The notes under the pieces were generated by a model. That model worked only from the letters and a program-made list of their open reading frames with translations. It did no database searches and had not been told where the DNA came from. A stretch of 63,971 bases of DNA, filler included, from Octopus bimaculoides (Eukaryota): NCBI RefSeq assembly GCF_001194135.2. It is 5 parts of 5 records of this genome, joined end to end, with 100 filler letters (N's around TTAATTAATTAA, not from the genome) between each part and the next. Parts side by side here need not be neighbours in the genome. Positions count along the whole stretch, not along the records: positions 62,094 to 63,971 come from NW_026344523.1; 4 more parts are not named here. The stretch is one strand, 5' to 3'. Shown here in pieces: positions 63,332 through 63,971 of the stretch. Made by a program: the position numbers and the translations under genes. Each line of letters opens with the position of its first letter. The stretch's first letter is position 1.

Positions 63332-63971
63332 GTAAGTTCAGAACTTGAGGTTTGTTTATTCATTATTCCATTTAAAGTTTGCTGTTTTGGCTGTGTAGAT
63401 TTAATGATGAGTGGAATACATGTGGCTAAATATTTGCTACGCTTTTGGTCCCCCTGAATTTACTGATAGGACTTGCTTTCTGTATTGTGTCTATGTACAA
63501 ACTTTTTATCTCTCTATACCTTTTACTTAGATTTCTTATATATTTTTTAAATATATTTCTTACATATTTATAGAGATAATGTTTTGGATATTTTTCACAC
63601 ATATTTTTTCTGTACTCTCCCTTCCACCCTTCTTTTTTCCTGTGCATCTATAGATGCATTCATGGAACCACCTTATGTGCACAGTTGTGGATGTATGCGT
63701 GCGTGCAGGTACGTGCGTATATAGATGTATGTGCGTGCATGCGAGAATATGCGCATGTAGACGCGTTTTGCCCTTATAGCTTTTCCACACTTTTTCCTGT
63801 ATTTTGCTTTTAGCCCATTTTTTTTTCCTTCTTGAGCATGTGCGTATTTTGACATGTGTATGGACTCTTTTTTTTTGCGTGTGTGTGTATGTGTGCGAGG
63901 GTGTTGCGTGCGTGTGTGTGTATGCGGGTATACCCGTGTATGTAGGTATGTATATATATATATATATATAT

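Overview
Eukaryotic, AT-rich, largely non-coding DNA from a draft assembly. About 8.6 kb (~13%) is N gaps, and four gaps carry an artificial TTAATTAATTAA linker. The SINE families and microsatellite load point to a coleoid cephalopod, probably Octopus (inference). I found no intact protein-coding gene, rRNA, true tRNA or CRISPR array; most listed ORFs are translated microsatellites or gaps. The window is a transposon graveyard. It holds dozens of tRNA-headed SINE copies from at least 3 families, Tc1/mariner elements (a Tc1 with inferred DD36E spacing, a DD37D maT, an internally inverted mariner), a hAT transposase remnant and hAT-type MITEs, 3' ends of CR1-like, R4/Dong and RTE LINEs (the RTE with three C2H2 fingers), and Penelope-like remnants. 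The most unusual signals are: a set of hammerhead-ribozyme-like motifs, all on the minus strand, one in the loop of a ~105-bp inverted repeat (37246-37527); interleaved inverted repeats at 41.5-42.2 kb; a SINE and LINE sharing a 3' tail side by side; and a few short splice-site-bounded exon candidates suggesting the window may be intronic. All calls are by-eye translation and alignment; repeat boundaries are approximate.
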